A stretch of 64,000 nt of DNA from TPA_inf: Saccharomyces (Eukaryota): the NCBI GenBank assembly GCA_000146045.2, contig BK006936.2:448001-512000 (forward strand), given 5' to 3'. Each line of letters begins with the position of its first letter. Position 1 is the stretch's first letter. Both the position numbers and the translations under genes were made by a program. The notes below the pieces were generated by a model that worked only from the letters and a program-made list of their open reading frames with translations, ran no database searches and had not been told where the DNA came from. Positions 45,081 to 57,306 of the stretch are shown piece after piece.

Positions 45081-46115
45081 CTAGCCTACCACGTACCATC
45101 GGTCATGAGGTCCTGTGACTGTTGGAGGTGGTGCGGTCCGCCTTGCAGGATGTCCTCTTTGTGGATTATTCATGTTATCCAAAACCATCGAGTACAACAT
45201 CCCAAAAGTCCAATATAGCGAGACGGACCTACACTTCATCTTGTTCCGTTTCACCATATTATAGAACAGCCCATCCACATCGTACTGGTCCAGTAGCCAT
45301 GGGATATCCATGGGTGTTGAAGGTACGAGTTTCAAATGTCTACATATCTGTAAAATATTTATGATAAGCTTGATCAACCTTTGTACTACTGTCTGTATGC
45401 TATCGGAAAACTCAAACATGGGTTGTTCACAGATTTTATTTGTGTAGGGAAGTTTAATCATAAGAATGTCTGAGAAGAAGCTAATATACTTCCACATGAT
45501 GTTGATGGAATCGTTTGTTATAGCAAGAGGTAAAATACGGAAGTTTTTCAAAGATATTAGTGGCTGAAAAGCTATAGCGAAAGGTATTTGGAAATTATCT
45601 TGCAGCTTCTGGATCACAAACCAATTATTTAGTAGATTGAGCTTGTAATCTCTAGCCGATTCACAAATCTTCGATACTTGTGCCAGCTTATTTTTTGCAT
45701 CACTAATTTCCACTTGCTCTCTTAATTTGTCCGTACCAGTACCCACCTTATAACATTTATAATTGTCAATTTCTACTTTCAATTCGCTGATGTGATTCCT
45801 TTTACTATAAATCCGCTCATTTAGCTGTTCTATCCTGTGCCTAATCAGGTTATTATTCTTTTTCATTCGTAAAACATCTAACTTCATGAGACTATTCATC
45901 AGGGGATCTTTCTTTTTCTCCATCCTCTTGATATCTAACTGGTCATAGTTCATGGCCTCGTTTAATATTTGTTCGACTTTCCCGTTAAGTTCTTTATTCT
46001 CATCCTTTAATAAAATTAAATCTAGTTTTAGCTTCAGTAGCAGACTTGGGCTCGTATTGATACAATGTGCACAGTACACTACATGCGCTCTATGGTGGCA
46101 AATTGGGCAATGCAT
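45081..46115 (-). CDS. ATG14: ATG14 (YBR128C), 344 aa. Subunit of autophagy-specific PI3-kinase complex I.
   Basis: An N-terminal cysteine repeat (MHCPICHH...CAHC) followed by a coiled coil. The length matches. Confidence 0.87.
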   Translation of the reverse strand: MHCPICHHRAHVVYCAHCINTSPSLLLKLKLDLILLKDENKELNGKVEQILNEAMNYDQLDIKRMEKKKDPLMNSLMKLDVLRMKKNNNLIRHRIEQLNERIYSKRNHISELKVEIDNYKCYKVGTGTDKLREQVEISDAKNKLAQVSKICESARDYKLNLLNNWFVIQKLQDNFQIPFAIAFQPLISLKNFRILPLAITNDSINIMWKYISFFSDILMIKLPYTNKICEQPMFEFSDSIQTVVQRLIKLIINILQICRHLKLVPSTPMDIPWLLDQYDVDGLFYNMVKRNKMKCRSVSLYWTFGMLYSMVLDNMNNPQRGHPARRTAPPPTVTGPHDRWYVVG

Positions 46116-46352
46116 GTCATACTAGGATTCTAGTTTTTAACTTTTACTTCCCTTTTTCTCTACTCGTTATCCTTCTAATCACTTTTGTATTTGGTCCTTT
46201 CCCTTAATTTTCAGCGAGGAAAAAAGTGCTTATTATCATTAAAATACAAATAAATAAATAGTTTTTTAACTAGACGTAAGGAAAACAATTACACGTATTA
46301 TTTAATAGTACAAAGAAAAAAAAAGTCAATACATATTCATCATTGGCATTGC

Positions 46353-47339
46353 TTATATATTTTCGGCCTTTAATTTTTTTCTTATCAAAATTCCACTCTT
46401 GAAATTTATTATCCAATCCACCATATCTTGATCGTTAGCGGCTTTAAAAGATAACCTTTCATCAAATGTAATTAGCGCAAAATTAGTGTCGTCATTTTTC
46501 ATCTTCGAATTATTATCAAGTTCAATACAATCGATAATTTTATCCAATTTAATGCTTTTCTTTAACTTCCCAGTCTTGAAAGAGTATAAATTGAACGAAG
46601 TATTAGTCAATTCCACATTGAACTTTTGCCATTTAGCCCTATTGAACAGTTTCTTCTTTTTCACTTTTGTGTAAAGAATCCCAGAACAAACCTGGTGCTC
46701 TGCATTTCTTGGATCGAACATCCTATAAAATTCTTTATCTTCACGAGACAGTTGCTCATCCATCGTCAAACTGCAAGAATGCTTGCTGCTAGAAGGACCC
46801 GCCTTTTCGTCAACTACAATTAAATCATCATCATCCTCTTCTTCATCATAATCACTACCTGTAGTGACACTTTCGTTGCCACTAGGACTAGAGAGGAATT
46901 TTTCAAGGGCAATTTTCCAATTATGCATCAGTTCCATACCAACCTTCTCATTTTGCCCTCGTGGAAATTTGAATATTAAATCCTTGGATGGAGTATAAAC
47001 AGTTAATATACCATCGAGCTCGCTTATCTTAAAATTAAGTATGTCAAATCTCGGTATGACACTTATAGCCTCTCTTTCATCCCGAGTTTTGTAATAGGCA
47101 AATTGGTTTTTCCTCAAGACACACCAATATTGATGGTCTGTTGTCCGAGGCCACCATAAATGACGATGGTGATGATGGTGATGATGGTAACCCTGCGGTG
47201 CACCATCAGCAGCTCCATTGTTACCTGAACTGGATTGAGCTGTCGGCGTTTTATTTTGAGACGTTGATGGCTTCTTGATGAGATTCGATGCGATCAAAAT
47301 TTCATGCTGACTTGACGGAGCAGTCGCACCTGCTATCAT
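46353..47339 (-). CDS. OPY1: OPY1 (YBR129C), PH-domain protein, 328 aa. The start is at MIAGATAPS.
   Basis: The trimmed length of 328 aa matches, and the protein has a His-run GYHHHHHHHRH and two PH-like segments. Confidence 0.8.
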   Translation of the reverse strand: MIAGATAPSSQHEILIASNLIKKPSTSQNKTPTAQSSSGNNGAADGAPQGYHHHHHHHRHLWWPRTTDHQYWCVLRKNQFAYYKTRDEREAISVIPRFDILNFKISELDGILTVYTPSKDLIFKFPRGQNEKVGMELMHNWKIALEKFLSSPSGNESVTTGSDYDEEEDDDDLIVVDEKAGPSSSKHSCSLTMDEQLSREDKEFYRMFDPRNAEHQVCSGILYTKVKKKKLFNRAKWQKFNVELTNTSFNLYSFKTGKLKKSIKLDKIIDCIELDNNSKMKNDDTNFALITFDERLSFKAANDQDMVDWIINFKSGILIRKKLKAENI

Positions 47340-47591
47340 TGGTCTTATGAAATTTACCAAGGCAAAATTAGCGTAATTATTTATGGTTAATTCACCTACT
47401 GGCTACTATTGCGTACCACATTTTGGCCTGTTCGTTTAATTTCAGCCACATTATAGTAGAGAAAAAACCGTTGTGAGTGACCGAAAGTGAAAAATATGGA
47501 TTCGTGTCTATAAAACCTTAGAGGCATCTATTTACTTTTGTTCTATTATCTAAATGAATCCTATATATATACTCCCTTGTGTCGGCATATT

Positions 47592-48869
47592 CTAGGATTG
47601 GGCCCCGTGAACAACCATACTATTTCCCTTTTTCTTATGAGTGGAGGAAACAGTTCTTGTAACACCGGGAGGCACTGAGATTGTGGGAGATGTACTTGGA
47701 TCGTTATTATGCGTTACATTTGTTTTACTACTGCTCGAGCTTGGTTTTCTTACTGAGGCAGTTCTTTTAACACCAGGCAAAACCGGGGATGCAGATTTTG
47801 GAATAGAACCCGATGACAGCAAAGGCGACGCAGTATAGAAACTTCTTCTTTTATTGTTACTGCTATTACCATTGGAGGATGAATCGTTTGTGTTCGGCGT
47901 CTTTCTTAATTTGACCATCTTAATAGGAAGCATATCCTGTGCATTATTGCTACTCAAAGCGTCAGCGTTGTTGCTTTCCACCTGGGTTTGTACATTCTTC
48001 TTCAAGGTTTGTACTACCGCGCCTTTATTACTAATCTTCTCATCGTTTCTTTTCAAGACGTCTTTCAAATCCATCTTTTCAGCAAAAGTTGATATCAGAT
48101 TTTCGTTCGTCTGGTACAGATTTAGCCAGCTTTGTAGATTTAACTCATCTAAAGAGTGAGTGATTATCTTGCTTAATTTTGAATCCTTTTCTGTTTCCAG
48201 AGATTTCAAATCTTTCACAGAGTCATTGAATTTATTTAAATTCAATTCTATATCTGAATTTGAACTAGTATCTGAACCATAATTTAAATTTTGATTACTT
48301 AACTCTAACTCCAACAAACCGATTTTTTCATTTAATTTGGAAATTTCATCAGAATAGTGGTCTCTGTAAAGATTTTGTGACTCCAATAATGAATTATAGT
48401 TAACTTCCATATTTTGCAATTTTTCAGAGCAAGATTGTTCAATGGCACTAGAATTTTTCGCCAATTTACTCAATTGATCCATTTTCTCCTTTTGTTCATT
48501 GTAACGGTTACTCAATTCGCTATAATCTTTCTCTAGCTCTTTTAGCTTCTTGTTCTTTCTTTCAAATATCGAGTTGAGATTTTCGTTCTCGTTCTTCAGC
48601 AGATTTAAATTTTCCAGTAGTTTTGATTCTTTGGATTGTGCTAATTCCAATTTACTCAATAAATTTTGAGATTGCGTAGTCAATTGTAGATTTGTTTTTG
48701 TCAGCATATCAATCTGGTCATGCAGTGATTCAATGACTCTCGAAGATGAGGCATTTTGGCTGGAGGTATTTCTATCTTTTGTGGGGGAACTTTCCAAGTT
48801 TGCCATAAAAATATTATGGTGAGGTGCCAACTTGCTTGAAGAAGTCTGGGTATTATCCTGGTCCGACAT
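47592..48869 (-). CDS. SHE3: SHE3 (YBR130C), 425 aa. Myo4-She2 adaptor for mRNA localisation.
   Basis: The protein from MSDQDNTQTSSSK is 425 aa with an N-terminal coiled coil and an S-rich C-terminus. Confidence 0.87.
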   Translation of the reverse strand: MSDQDNTQTSSSKLAPHHNIFMANLESSPTKDRNTSSQNASSSRVIESLHDQIDMLTKTNLQLTTQSQNLLSKLELAQSKESKLLENLNLLKNENENLNSIFERKNKKLKELEKDYSELSNRYNEQKEKMDQLSKLAKNSSAIEQSCSEKLQNMEVNYNSLLESQNLYRDHYSDEISKLNEKIGLLELELSNQNLNYGSDTSSNSDIELNLNKFNDSVKDLKSLETEKDSKLSKIITHSLDELNLQSWLNLYQTNENLISTFAEKMDLKDVLKRNDEKISNKGAVVQTLKKNVQTQVESNNADALSSNNAQDMLPIKMVKLRKTPNTNDSSSNGNSSNNKRRSFYTASPLLSSGSIPKSASPVLPGVKRTASVRKPSSSSSKTNVTHNNDPSTSPTISVPPGVTRTVSSTHKKKGNSMVVHGAQS

Positions 48870-49162
48870 CTTACACAAAAGTAGTGTCGTTGAACCTTGG
48901 CGTGCTTGATAGACGAGCTAACGTTTGGTAACCCCTTCAGACTGCTGCTACTCATGGCAACAAATCAATAAACAAAATGCAATAGTAGTTAGTAATGAAG
49001 CTCTCGCCCGAACAAAAGACGAAACGAGCGGGTAACTATTTAGCCTATTTTATTGCGATGACAATAATATGTAGTAGCAATAGGGAAATAGTTTCATTTG
49101 ACGTGGAACCAAAAATACATTCTAAATCGTACAACTATTAAATTGATATATGAAAGACGGAT

Positions 49163-51277
49163 ATGAGACTACACTATATTACGGTTTTTGATCCATCAAG
49201 ATCTACCAACGAAAATGACACTTTCAAGCAGTTGCTGCTGTTCCATTATTTTGGCACTACTGATTCAATACCCTCTTTAAACGAAAAACTGTCCATCATA
49301 GGAGTAATACAGGGCATTTGGTCACTTACGAGTTCATGCGTAAACAAGGACGGCGAAGATTTAGAGAAAATTATTGAGCTGAACAATGATATTATTTTTT
49401 GTATTAAGGTGGAATCAAGATTTTTCATCAGTCTAGCAATTTCGAATATCAGCGACGATCAGAGTGCCATACCTTTACAGTATCTCAGTGCTTACTTATG
49501 GCTTAGTTACAGGTTCTTCAAGCTACTCAATGGGTCATTCAGCGGATTTAACAAGGACTTCCGCAAACTCACGGATTTGTTGAACGAATTCGTTATTCCG
49601 TTCTGGAATGATATTTATTTGAATCTAGAAACTGTAACGAATAGATCATTTACTGTAATGTGGCCTGGTTTTTATAAAAGGGCAAATTTTCAACATTCCT
49701 CTTATAATCCTGGAGAAAAAAATAATGTCGAAGAGTCATGGGACGCTATAATCTTGCAGAATATTCTTTTAGATAAAAAGAGTTATCTAGGACTAAAGGA
49801 CATTTTGGTTTACCACCTACCAAAGCGCACCAAAGCGGCTAATAGGGAGTCTATGGGAACAAAAACTTATGGACTAGTAAGGAACTTTACCAGTGACCTG
49901 AACACATTACCAGATATCTCAAATTGGCTATATCATTTGCACTGCACCTATGGTGAAATATCAAGTCATATATTAACAGGAAATGTCCATTTTAAAGAGG
50001 AGCTACAAGTAGAAGAAGAACAAGAGCGAAGTCGTGATACAAACGGAAGAGACGAAGAGGAATCACAGGAGCAACAGCGACGGGAGCACCAAGAGACTAC
50101 GCAAAACAATACAAGCGAACTCTCTCTATCGGAAAGAGTGATACACAACGTAACACTCCCCATTTCTTTTGCATACGACGCTATACATGAAGTGAGTACC
50201 ACGACTGGTGTTTCGGGTAGCTTATCCATGATAATGGACTATGTACCGAAGCCCCATTGGCCGTTCATTTCATCCTCTAACAAAAGTGCCGACAAAAATA
50301 ATTACTCAAATAGCAATGATAACGCAAATTCGAATGCCCCACTGATGGCGCAATCAGAGGCTGTTGGAGGGACGATAGGCAACTCGAGATTTGGTTTCCT
50401 AATTTCCCCATTGAATTCAGACCTGTTGCCATCATCATACCAAGCCCTGAAACTGAATTTGAACTTTGAAAACTCCAAAGACAAGGAGGATTTTTATAAT
50501 TGCCTATTTTGGTACTTTGATGATTTTTTAATTGTAATTGTCTGTGATCCGGACTTCAACAAGATTTGTGAAAGAGACTATCTAAAGGACTTGAGCTTCC
50601 AATTGTGTCAGAGTATGGAATGCCTAAACAATGAGATTTTAAACTCTCAAAATTGCGATAACGTGGAATCCTTTGCTTATGTGATCAGAGATAACGTCAC
50701 CAAAGAAATCGACTCGTCCGTTCCATTTGGGTCTCCAAAATTTACTTCGGATGAAAGCATTTCAACTTTACAACTAGCAATTAACGGTATAGATCAGTTC
50801 ATTAACGATAATTCAAATTCCCTATCGCTTGCTAATTGGAATCCAATAACTATTATGGGTGGCTCAAATGCTATCAGCAAAAAAAATACTACAGAAGGAT
50901 TTGGAAACGGGGTAAACGATAAGACTCAAAAATTCAAAAGAAAATATCTGAATTTCTTGAATTTAATGAGCGCAGAAAAGTTATGGGACTTACAGGTTGA
51001 CGTCTTACAGTTCTTGACTAGTTTACAGAACTCAAAGAGAGACCCAGATTATTTTCAGGAGGAGAGGTTATTAAAATTGAACAATGGTGTTTTATGCTAT
51101 ATCAAAGAAAACAATTCAAACTTAATTATTATTATTAAAAACTGGTTTCAAAATAACGGCACGTCAAAGGCTGCAAAACAAAGGAACCGTTTTAGTTCAG
51201 ATTCCTCTAAGGGAAGTTCATTGTTTCAAAGTTTAGGTCGTGACGTGACTGACTGGTGGGAATCCAGGGAAATTTAA
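49163..51277 (+). CDS. CCZ1: CCZ1 (YBR131W), 704 aa. With Mon1 it forms the guanine nucleotide exchange factor for Ypt7.
   Basis: The length and position match. Confidence 0.85.
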   Translation: MRLHYITVFDPSRSTNENDTFKQLLLFHYFGTTDSIPSLNEKLSIIGVIQGIWSLTSSCVNKDGEDLEKIIELNNDIIFCIKVESRFFISLAISNISDDQSAIPLQYLSAYLWLSYRFFKLLNGSFSGFNKDFRKLTDLLNEFVIPFWNDIYLNLETVTNRSFTVMWPGFYKRANFQHSSYNPGEKNNVEESWDAIILQNILLDKKSYLGLKDILVYHLPKRTKAANRESMGTKTYGLVRNFTSDLNTLPDISNWLYHLHCTYGEISSHILTGNVHFKEELQVEEEQERSRDTNGRDEEESQEQQRREHQETTQNNTSELSLSERVIHNVTLPISFAYDAIHEVSTTTGVSGSLSMIMDYVPKPHWPFISSSNKSADKNNYSNSNDNANSNAPLMAQSEAVGGTIGNSRFGFLISPLNSDLLPSSYQALKLNLNFENSKDKEDFYNCLFWYFDDFLIVIVCDPDFNKICERDYLKDLSFQLCQSMECLNNEILNSQNCDNVESFAYVIRDNVTKEIDSSVPFGSPKFTSDESISTLQLAINGIDQFINDNSNSLSLANWNPITIMGGSNAISKKNTTEGFGNGVNDKTQKFKRKYLNFLNLMSAEKLWDLQVDVLQFLTSLQNSKRDPDYFQEERLLKLNNGVLCYIKENNSNLIIIIKNWFQNNGTSKAAKQRNRFSSDSSKGSSLFQSLGRDVTDWWESREI

Positions 51278-51651
51278 AAATGTAACGTTTAGCATTTGAT
51301 AGACATAGAATAAAAATAAGTAACTATAAAAAAAGGAAAAAAAAAATTGGGCAAAATAGGGATCATATTATAACTATTTATATACAGATTCGAAATATGA
51401 AGAAGAGACTATGAAAGGTGGGTGAATATCAATATTAAATAAAAATCAAACAATGATTGAAAAAACGGTAAAAGATCATAAAAAGCCCTCCAGGTAATAT
51501 GTCAATAAGTAAATATACTTTATCGAAGGAAAGATCAAAAAAAAAAAAAAAAAAAAATGCAAACGAACATAGCCAAAGGACCACAATATTAATCTGACAA
51601 TAAATTTGGAGGCAGTCAATGTAAATTTGTGAATATAACGACATAATTGCA

Positions 51652-53442
51652 TTATGCTTTGCTATAATATTGAAATTTTTCGAAGGAGCTTTCAATCTCA
51701 TGGTTTTCAATTTCTGTTAGCTCTTTAGAAAAGTCAATTTCATGTGGGTTTTTGAAGTGATCTTTACCACGTTTCCAAATAAATTTGTAGCCCACATATA
51801 TACCGATGTTGATAAACACCATTAAATACGAAAACAAAAAATCTTGTGTGTTCCATAATTTGGGAAAGAAAACGGTGTAGCCCTGTATTAAAATCATTGC
51901 GGAACATGAAACAAGGCCGATAATAGCAGTGTATGGTTGACCCCACGAACGGAATGGCAACTTGGGTAACGAATCTTGTTGGACGTGGTAAGCCCTTCTG
52001 AAAAATAAATAGACGATACAAAGGACGACAAAATTAATCAATTGAGAGGCAGTAATCAAGTTAATTAACCAATTCAATACGACCGCACTATTAGAATTCA
52101 GTTGCAAAAGGCTCACTAAAGCCCATACCAAAGATATGGCCACAGAGTAAATGGGCACACCATGCCTATTGCATCTAGTGAAGATTTTTGGCGCGTAGCC
52201 ATCTAATGCCATACCATAAAATGTTCTGGATGAGCAATAAGTGTAAGCGTTACCAGCAGAAAAGGCGGCTGTAATCAAAGCTATATTAACAATGTCAGGT
52301 AATATTCTAATTTTCAGATTATTCATTGCAATGACATAAGGTGAAGACCCGGCGCCAGGCCTTGCTTCATTAATTGCTGCTGTCAAGTCAGGATCATTTG
52401 GCGAACAAACAATCCCAACACACAGACAACTCCCTAAAAACAAAAATGTTAATCTCACAAACACCTGCTTAAACGCCTTGGGTAATACTTTTCTTGGTCG
52501 TTTGACCTCTCCCGCTAACATAGAAATATACTCGCCACCAGCTATGGTAAACGATGCCTGAATCAAGCAAGCGAGAAACCCCTGGAAGTAGCCCGAAGAC
52601 TTCCCCACATCATTGCCATCGGGAAAGTATTTCTTGAATGGACTTTCACCATAATTACGAAACCCGTAACGATCATGTTCAGGATTTCCACCCAACATGG
52701 TAATGAACGTGAATGTAAATAGGCCGAGTGCAAGGATAATTTTGAAAGAAGCCAACCAAAATTCCATTTCACCGTAATATTTGACTGCACAAATGGAAAT
52801 AAGCAGATACAAAACTACTTGAACGGCGAGCGGAATACCAGCTGAATAATCATCTCTCCAATAATGTATAATTGTATTAACAGAAACAATCTCGAAAGGG
52901 ATCTGTACGCATTCAAGAAACCAGAAATTCCAGCTAGCCATGACAGCCAATGAATCGTCAACGCACTTCGTTGCTAATCTCAAAAAGGGGGAACTTACAG
53001 GGAAAAAGCAGACCATTTCCGCTGTAGACACAGTAATGCAAAGTATTGGAACACACCAAAGAGCAAATGCCAATAATAAAGAGGCGGGCCCTCCACGGTA
53101 TAAAGCTTTTCCGATCGCCACGAATAGCGCCGTACCAATGACACCGGAAATAGCAATCAACTGGACGTGCCTGTTTTCTAGTTTACGTCGAGTTTCTGTG
53201 AAATATAGCAGGTAAGTCCTTGAGTCATCATCAATAGAAGACCCTCTATCCTCATGTTCATCCACGTGAACATCGCCCGCTTCGGGTATCGTGTTTATGT
53301 GACCCACTGACCCAGAAGGTTCCAACCATCCCTCACTAGGTTCGATACTCTTTATTCGAGTGGTTATTGTCTTGTATTTATTCTTATCGTACTCAAAATC
53401 ACCGTCATTTTCGTAGTCGATGGTCATACGTTCCTTTGTCAT
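51652..53442 (-). CDS. AGP2: AGP2 (YBR132C), 596 aa. Amino-acid, polyamine and carnitine permease family membrane protein.
   Basis: A twelve-TM APC-superfamily sequence. The protein from MTKERMTIDYEND is 596 aa. Confidence 0.88.
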   Translation of the reverse strand: MTKERMTIDYENDGDFEYDKNKYKTITTRIKSIEPSEGWLEPSGSVGHINTIPEAGDVHVDEHEDRGSSIDDDSRTYLLYFTETRRKLENRHVQLIAISGVIGTALFVAIGKALYRGGPASLLLAFALWCVPILCITVSTAEMVCFFPVSSPFLRLATKCVDDSLAVMASWNFWFLECVQIPFEIVSVNTIIHYWRDDYSAGIPLAVQVVLYLLISICAVKYYGEMEFWLASFKIILALGLFTFTFITMLGGNPEHDRYGFRNYGESPFKKYFPDGNDVGKSSGYFQGFLACLIQASFTIAGGEYISMLAGEVKRPRKVLPKAFKQVFVRLTFLFLGSCLCVGIVCSPNDPDLTAAINEARPGAGSSPYVIAMNNLKIRILPDIVNIALITAAFSAGNAYTYCSSRTFYGMALDGYAPKIFTRCNRHGVPIYSVAISLVWALVSLLQLNSNSAVVLNWLINLITASQLINFVVLCIVYLFFRRAYHVQQDSLPKLPFRSWGQPYTAIIGLVSCSAMILIQGYTVFFPKLWNTQDFLFSYLMVFINIGIYVGYKFIWKRGKDHFKNPHEIDFSKELTEIENHEIESSFEKFQYYSKA

Positions 53443-53803
53443 GCTTGGCAAAAGTTATGGAAGCAAAATGTAAGTGCAGCTTAGGGGGGACAAGGCTGAA
53501 GGAAAACTATTGTTTTTAATTACCACCTATTAGTATCTTAAAGCAAAGGAGCTAACCGAGATAATATCAATACGAAGTATGGTGAACTAACACTACCCTT
53601 ACTCCTGAATTACATAAATTAAAGCAGGCAACATGTCGAGATCCATTTACCATTGAAGAGTTCCAAAAAAAGGGTTCTTTTTTTATACATGTAGTTTTAC
53701 GGTGCGGCGCCGACACCCCGCTCGATCGATGACGCTGACTTGTGGTACTCAGGACGTATGGATAGTTATTTGTTGCCGCAGTATATAGTATACAATGCAG
53801 AAT

Positions 53804-56287
53804 TCACAGAGGCAGGGAAAAGGCTCTGCCACAGACATTATGTAGCGTGGAAACACTAGTCTTGACTCTGACATGAACTTCTGGAACATCTTCCTCGAGG
53901 TCTTCGTGCCTTGGCAATTCGTTAGAGGGTTCAAGCGCTTTAGTAGATTTGAGATCAAACATAGGCTTATTGATAGAATCTAAATGGTCCGGTTTGGCGG
54001 TTTCGCTGAGTCCGTGAATATCTTGTACGCTTTGCCAACCAGTTTCTAGATTGGATAGGAATCCCTGTTCTTCTTCGTTTTCAATGTCTTGGTCAAGATC
54101 AATTTGATTATCTAGCTTTTGATTGGTAGTCGCTGAATAATGTCGATTATGGGCTAAAGTTTTAGTGTCATCTGTAACTATAGACCTCGGAATAGTCATG
54201 CTTGCAGCAGTTACCGCCGAAGTGTAATTTGACAACATAAGGTATATGAAACTCTCCAAAGACCATTCATACCAAACTTTTTGTTCTGTATCGGAGTGTA
54301 TCCGAGACATCAGCACAGAAAGTTCGGAGTCATCTATAAAGGATATTGGTTGCTTCAAAGGAAAGATAATTGGAGACCACGAGGTCATATTTGGTGTATG
54401 GTCACATTTCTTGATTAGATTTTCTTCTCGTCTGGTATTCATCAACGTTTCTTCGCTAAATTTTAAACGGACTGTGCTGTCATTGGGCAAAGTTGACAAG
54501 AATATATTGTTATATAAGTTTGCCGAGAAGAATCCGATAAAGCCATGGATTTCGCCGCGGTGCTTTATCTTGAACTCATTTAATGAACTTTGAGAAAATT
54601 CAACTGTAAAATCATCTTCGTCTTGGACAGTATCTTTTTGGGCCATGGGATGCTCGAACCGCCACACTTCATTTACCCTTGAGGATAATATACAGTATGG
54701 CACTCTATGGACTATCCAGGGCGCCTCCAAAGAGCGATTTGTTTGTGAGAGTTTTTGGTAGAATAATGGTGACGAAATGGGTGCTATGTATGAAGAGTAT
54801 GACCTCGGTATGAAAATTGTGTCATTGTGGGAATGATATTTTTCAATAGACCAGAGACATTCTGGTGATAATTCATTGCAACCGAACGAACCCAGCAGTT
54901 CACTTATGCACAGATCTATCTGAATACGCTTTTCCGACGGCTCGTTGATTTGCCATTTGGTCATATCCTCCTTGATTAATTTCACTCTATTATCCCAACA
55001 GTCGAAATTTCTTTTTTGCAAGTACAGATATGCCTGTGGATTTTTTTCAATGGCAATTATAGAAACCTTACTATCCATAAACAACATTGATATTATCTTA
55101 AAAGTTCGATCCACTAAAGGTCCTCTTCCCGCACCGGCTACTAGGATCACCAACGGTCTCTTGGCACTCGCTCGAGGAGCAAGATCTTGAAGCGCCTCTA
55201 ATATGGCAGATTCGTAAAGATCGTACTTCACCAAATCTTTTTCAAAAGTCAAATATGTGGAATTTAATAAATTATCTGAATGAGGTTTCAGAGGCGGCAT
55301 TATCCGAGAGTCCTCTTGGAGCAAAAATTGGTGATTACTATTGGAATTTAATACTTTGTCGCCCTTTTTCAATAAGTAGTTTATATATTCCAAATAGGCA
55401 GATTCTCCGCCCTTAACATTATTGGCATATTTCTCCATCCCATGCAATATCACGCATAATTCATTACCCAAAATTTGTGAATCTCCATTAACCTTTTGGA
55501 ACTTTAAAATCAAATTCTGGTTAAACTTGTGTAAAACGGGATAATCGTACTGATTACTGGCAAAGATGGATGAAGATACCAAAAGACACGAGACGGGTTC
55601 GGCTAACCATCTATTCAGCACATACGAAGGAGTCCTGGTTCTTGGCAAAGCCAAAGAGATAGTCAAAGAGGGATGATATTCGCATTGTTTCCGCACGGTA
55701 TTCCACAGTTCCCAAGTGGCCAATGGATCGCTGTCTTCGTAAAGTGGCAGAGAAATGGATATGGTTAACGCAGGCGCAGCAAAGACGATGCGATTTTGCA
55801 GGAGCCTGTAAATCATCTGTCCATACAATTGCAGGTTGGACAGGTCCCGTGGAGGCGCCAATATTAGCTTATTGATTCCAACAAACCTCGCGTACTTACA
55901 TTCGTTTAGAAGGACCTTTAAGCCAAGATCTCTTACATTTGGATCGCGACTCTCCAGCTCCAGCCAAGAGGATAACAGCCCTATGTAAGACGGCGTATCG
56001 TCATTGTCTAGCTTCTTGACGTTGAACGGGGGTATACAGATATCCTGCAACTGCGGTTCAGGAATTTGAAGCGGTTTCCAGTTCTGTATGGATTGTCTTT
56101 GGAAATCTTTGAAAACTTGCCCAACTATTTCCTTATATCTTGGCGTTGTTATAGGAAGCAAAACGTAATCATAGTTACTAGGCAGTTCTGGTGAATGACT
56201 AGAGACATTTTCTAGGAAACGTGACTTTTTGCTGTGCTGTTTATGATTAAAGCCTGGTTTGACACCAACAAATACGTTGCTATGCAT
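53804..56287 (-). CDS. HSL7: HSL7 (YBR133C), PRMT5-family protein arginine methyltransferase, 827 aa. The ORF-track 5' extension MCVCVC... is not coding.
   Basis: The protein from [21 protein letters not shown] is 827 aa. A SAM-binding motif [13 protein letters not shown] is present. Confidence 0.9.
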
Positions 56288-56355
56288 ATGCAAACTGAAC
56301 CCTTTGTATATATAAAAATTATATGTATAAAAGAAGAGGAACGTCCGCACAATTC

Positions 56356-56376
56356 CACACACACACACACACACAC
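56356..56376. repeat. (CA)n microsatellite of about 10.5 units in the HSL7 promoter.
   Basis: A cacacacacacacacacacac run was seen directly. Confidence 0.95.
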
Positions 56377-56853
56377 GCTTTCACACACGCAATTTGAAAT
56401 AGCTCCTATAGGGCTTGGGAATAGGATCACAAGTCACTCGAAATATACCATTTTTTCTATCACACATACACATTGTATAAAGCCATTTGTTTCAAAAAAA
56501 TATAAAAACACTGCGCAGCGTGCTGTTTCGGGTTCCATTTGTGATTGTTTATTTTTCTTTTGGTTTAGCTCAGTGCAAAACGAGGGCTCGAAGAATTTTC
56601 AGATAAAACAGTACTCGAGCCCTGAGATCTGTTTTAGGGTCTAAAAGGCGGGTTATAAAAATATGTCAGGTGATTTTTTTTTCTCGTGGTATGAGATAAA
56701 TAAAGAATGGAGCTTTTATGCATGAAAGGACAGCGGATGGCAGTAGAGCAGACATCAGTAGCATTCATTACAACTCTGTCGTAAGTTCTTGGAACTGCTG
56801 GCCGCGTTGGATACAACTAGATTGACACGCACTTACTCTCGTCTTACAGTACT

Positions 56854-57306
56854 ATGTACCATCACTATCACGCCTTCCAAGGCAGAAAGCTTACTGACCA
56901 AGAAAGAGCACGCGTGTTGGAGTTTCAAGATTCCATTCACTATTCTCCGCGGTACTCAGACGATAACTATGAGTACAGGCATGTGATGTTACCTAAGGCC
57001 ATGCTAAAAGTTATCCCATCTGATTACTTCAATTCGGAAGTGGGGACCCTGCGTATATTAACAGAAGACGAATGGAGAGGCCTCGGCATCACACAGTCTT
57101 TGGGGTGGGAACATTATGAATGCCATGCGCCAGAACCACACATTTTGCTATTCAAAAGGCCGCTGAACTACGAGGCCGAGCTGAGGGCAGCGACCGCTGC
57201 TGCTCAACAGCAACAGCAACAGCAGCAACAGCAGCAACAACAACAACAGCAACATCAAACACAATCGATTTCGAACGATATGCAAGTTCCACCCCAAATC
57301 TCCTAG
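56854..57306 (+). CDS. CKS1: CKS1 (YBR135W), Cdc28 kinase regulatory subunit, 150 aa, with a C-terminal polyQ.
   Basis: The Cks core sequence [20 protein letters not shown]...[32 protein letters not shown] is present, followed by a Q16 run. Confidence 0.95.

Noticed and set aside
56234-56644. A 136-aa ORF overlapping the HSL7 start and promoter, corresponding to dubious YBR134W. The MCVCVC N-terminal extension of HSL7 in the ORF track is also rejected.
   Set aside because: It spans the (CA)n microsatellite and promoter. The HSL7 protein clearly begins at [10 protein letters not shown] (56287).
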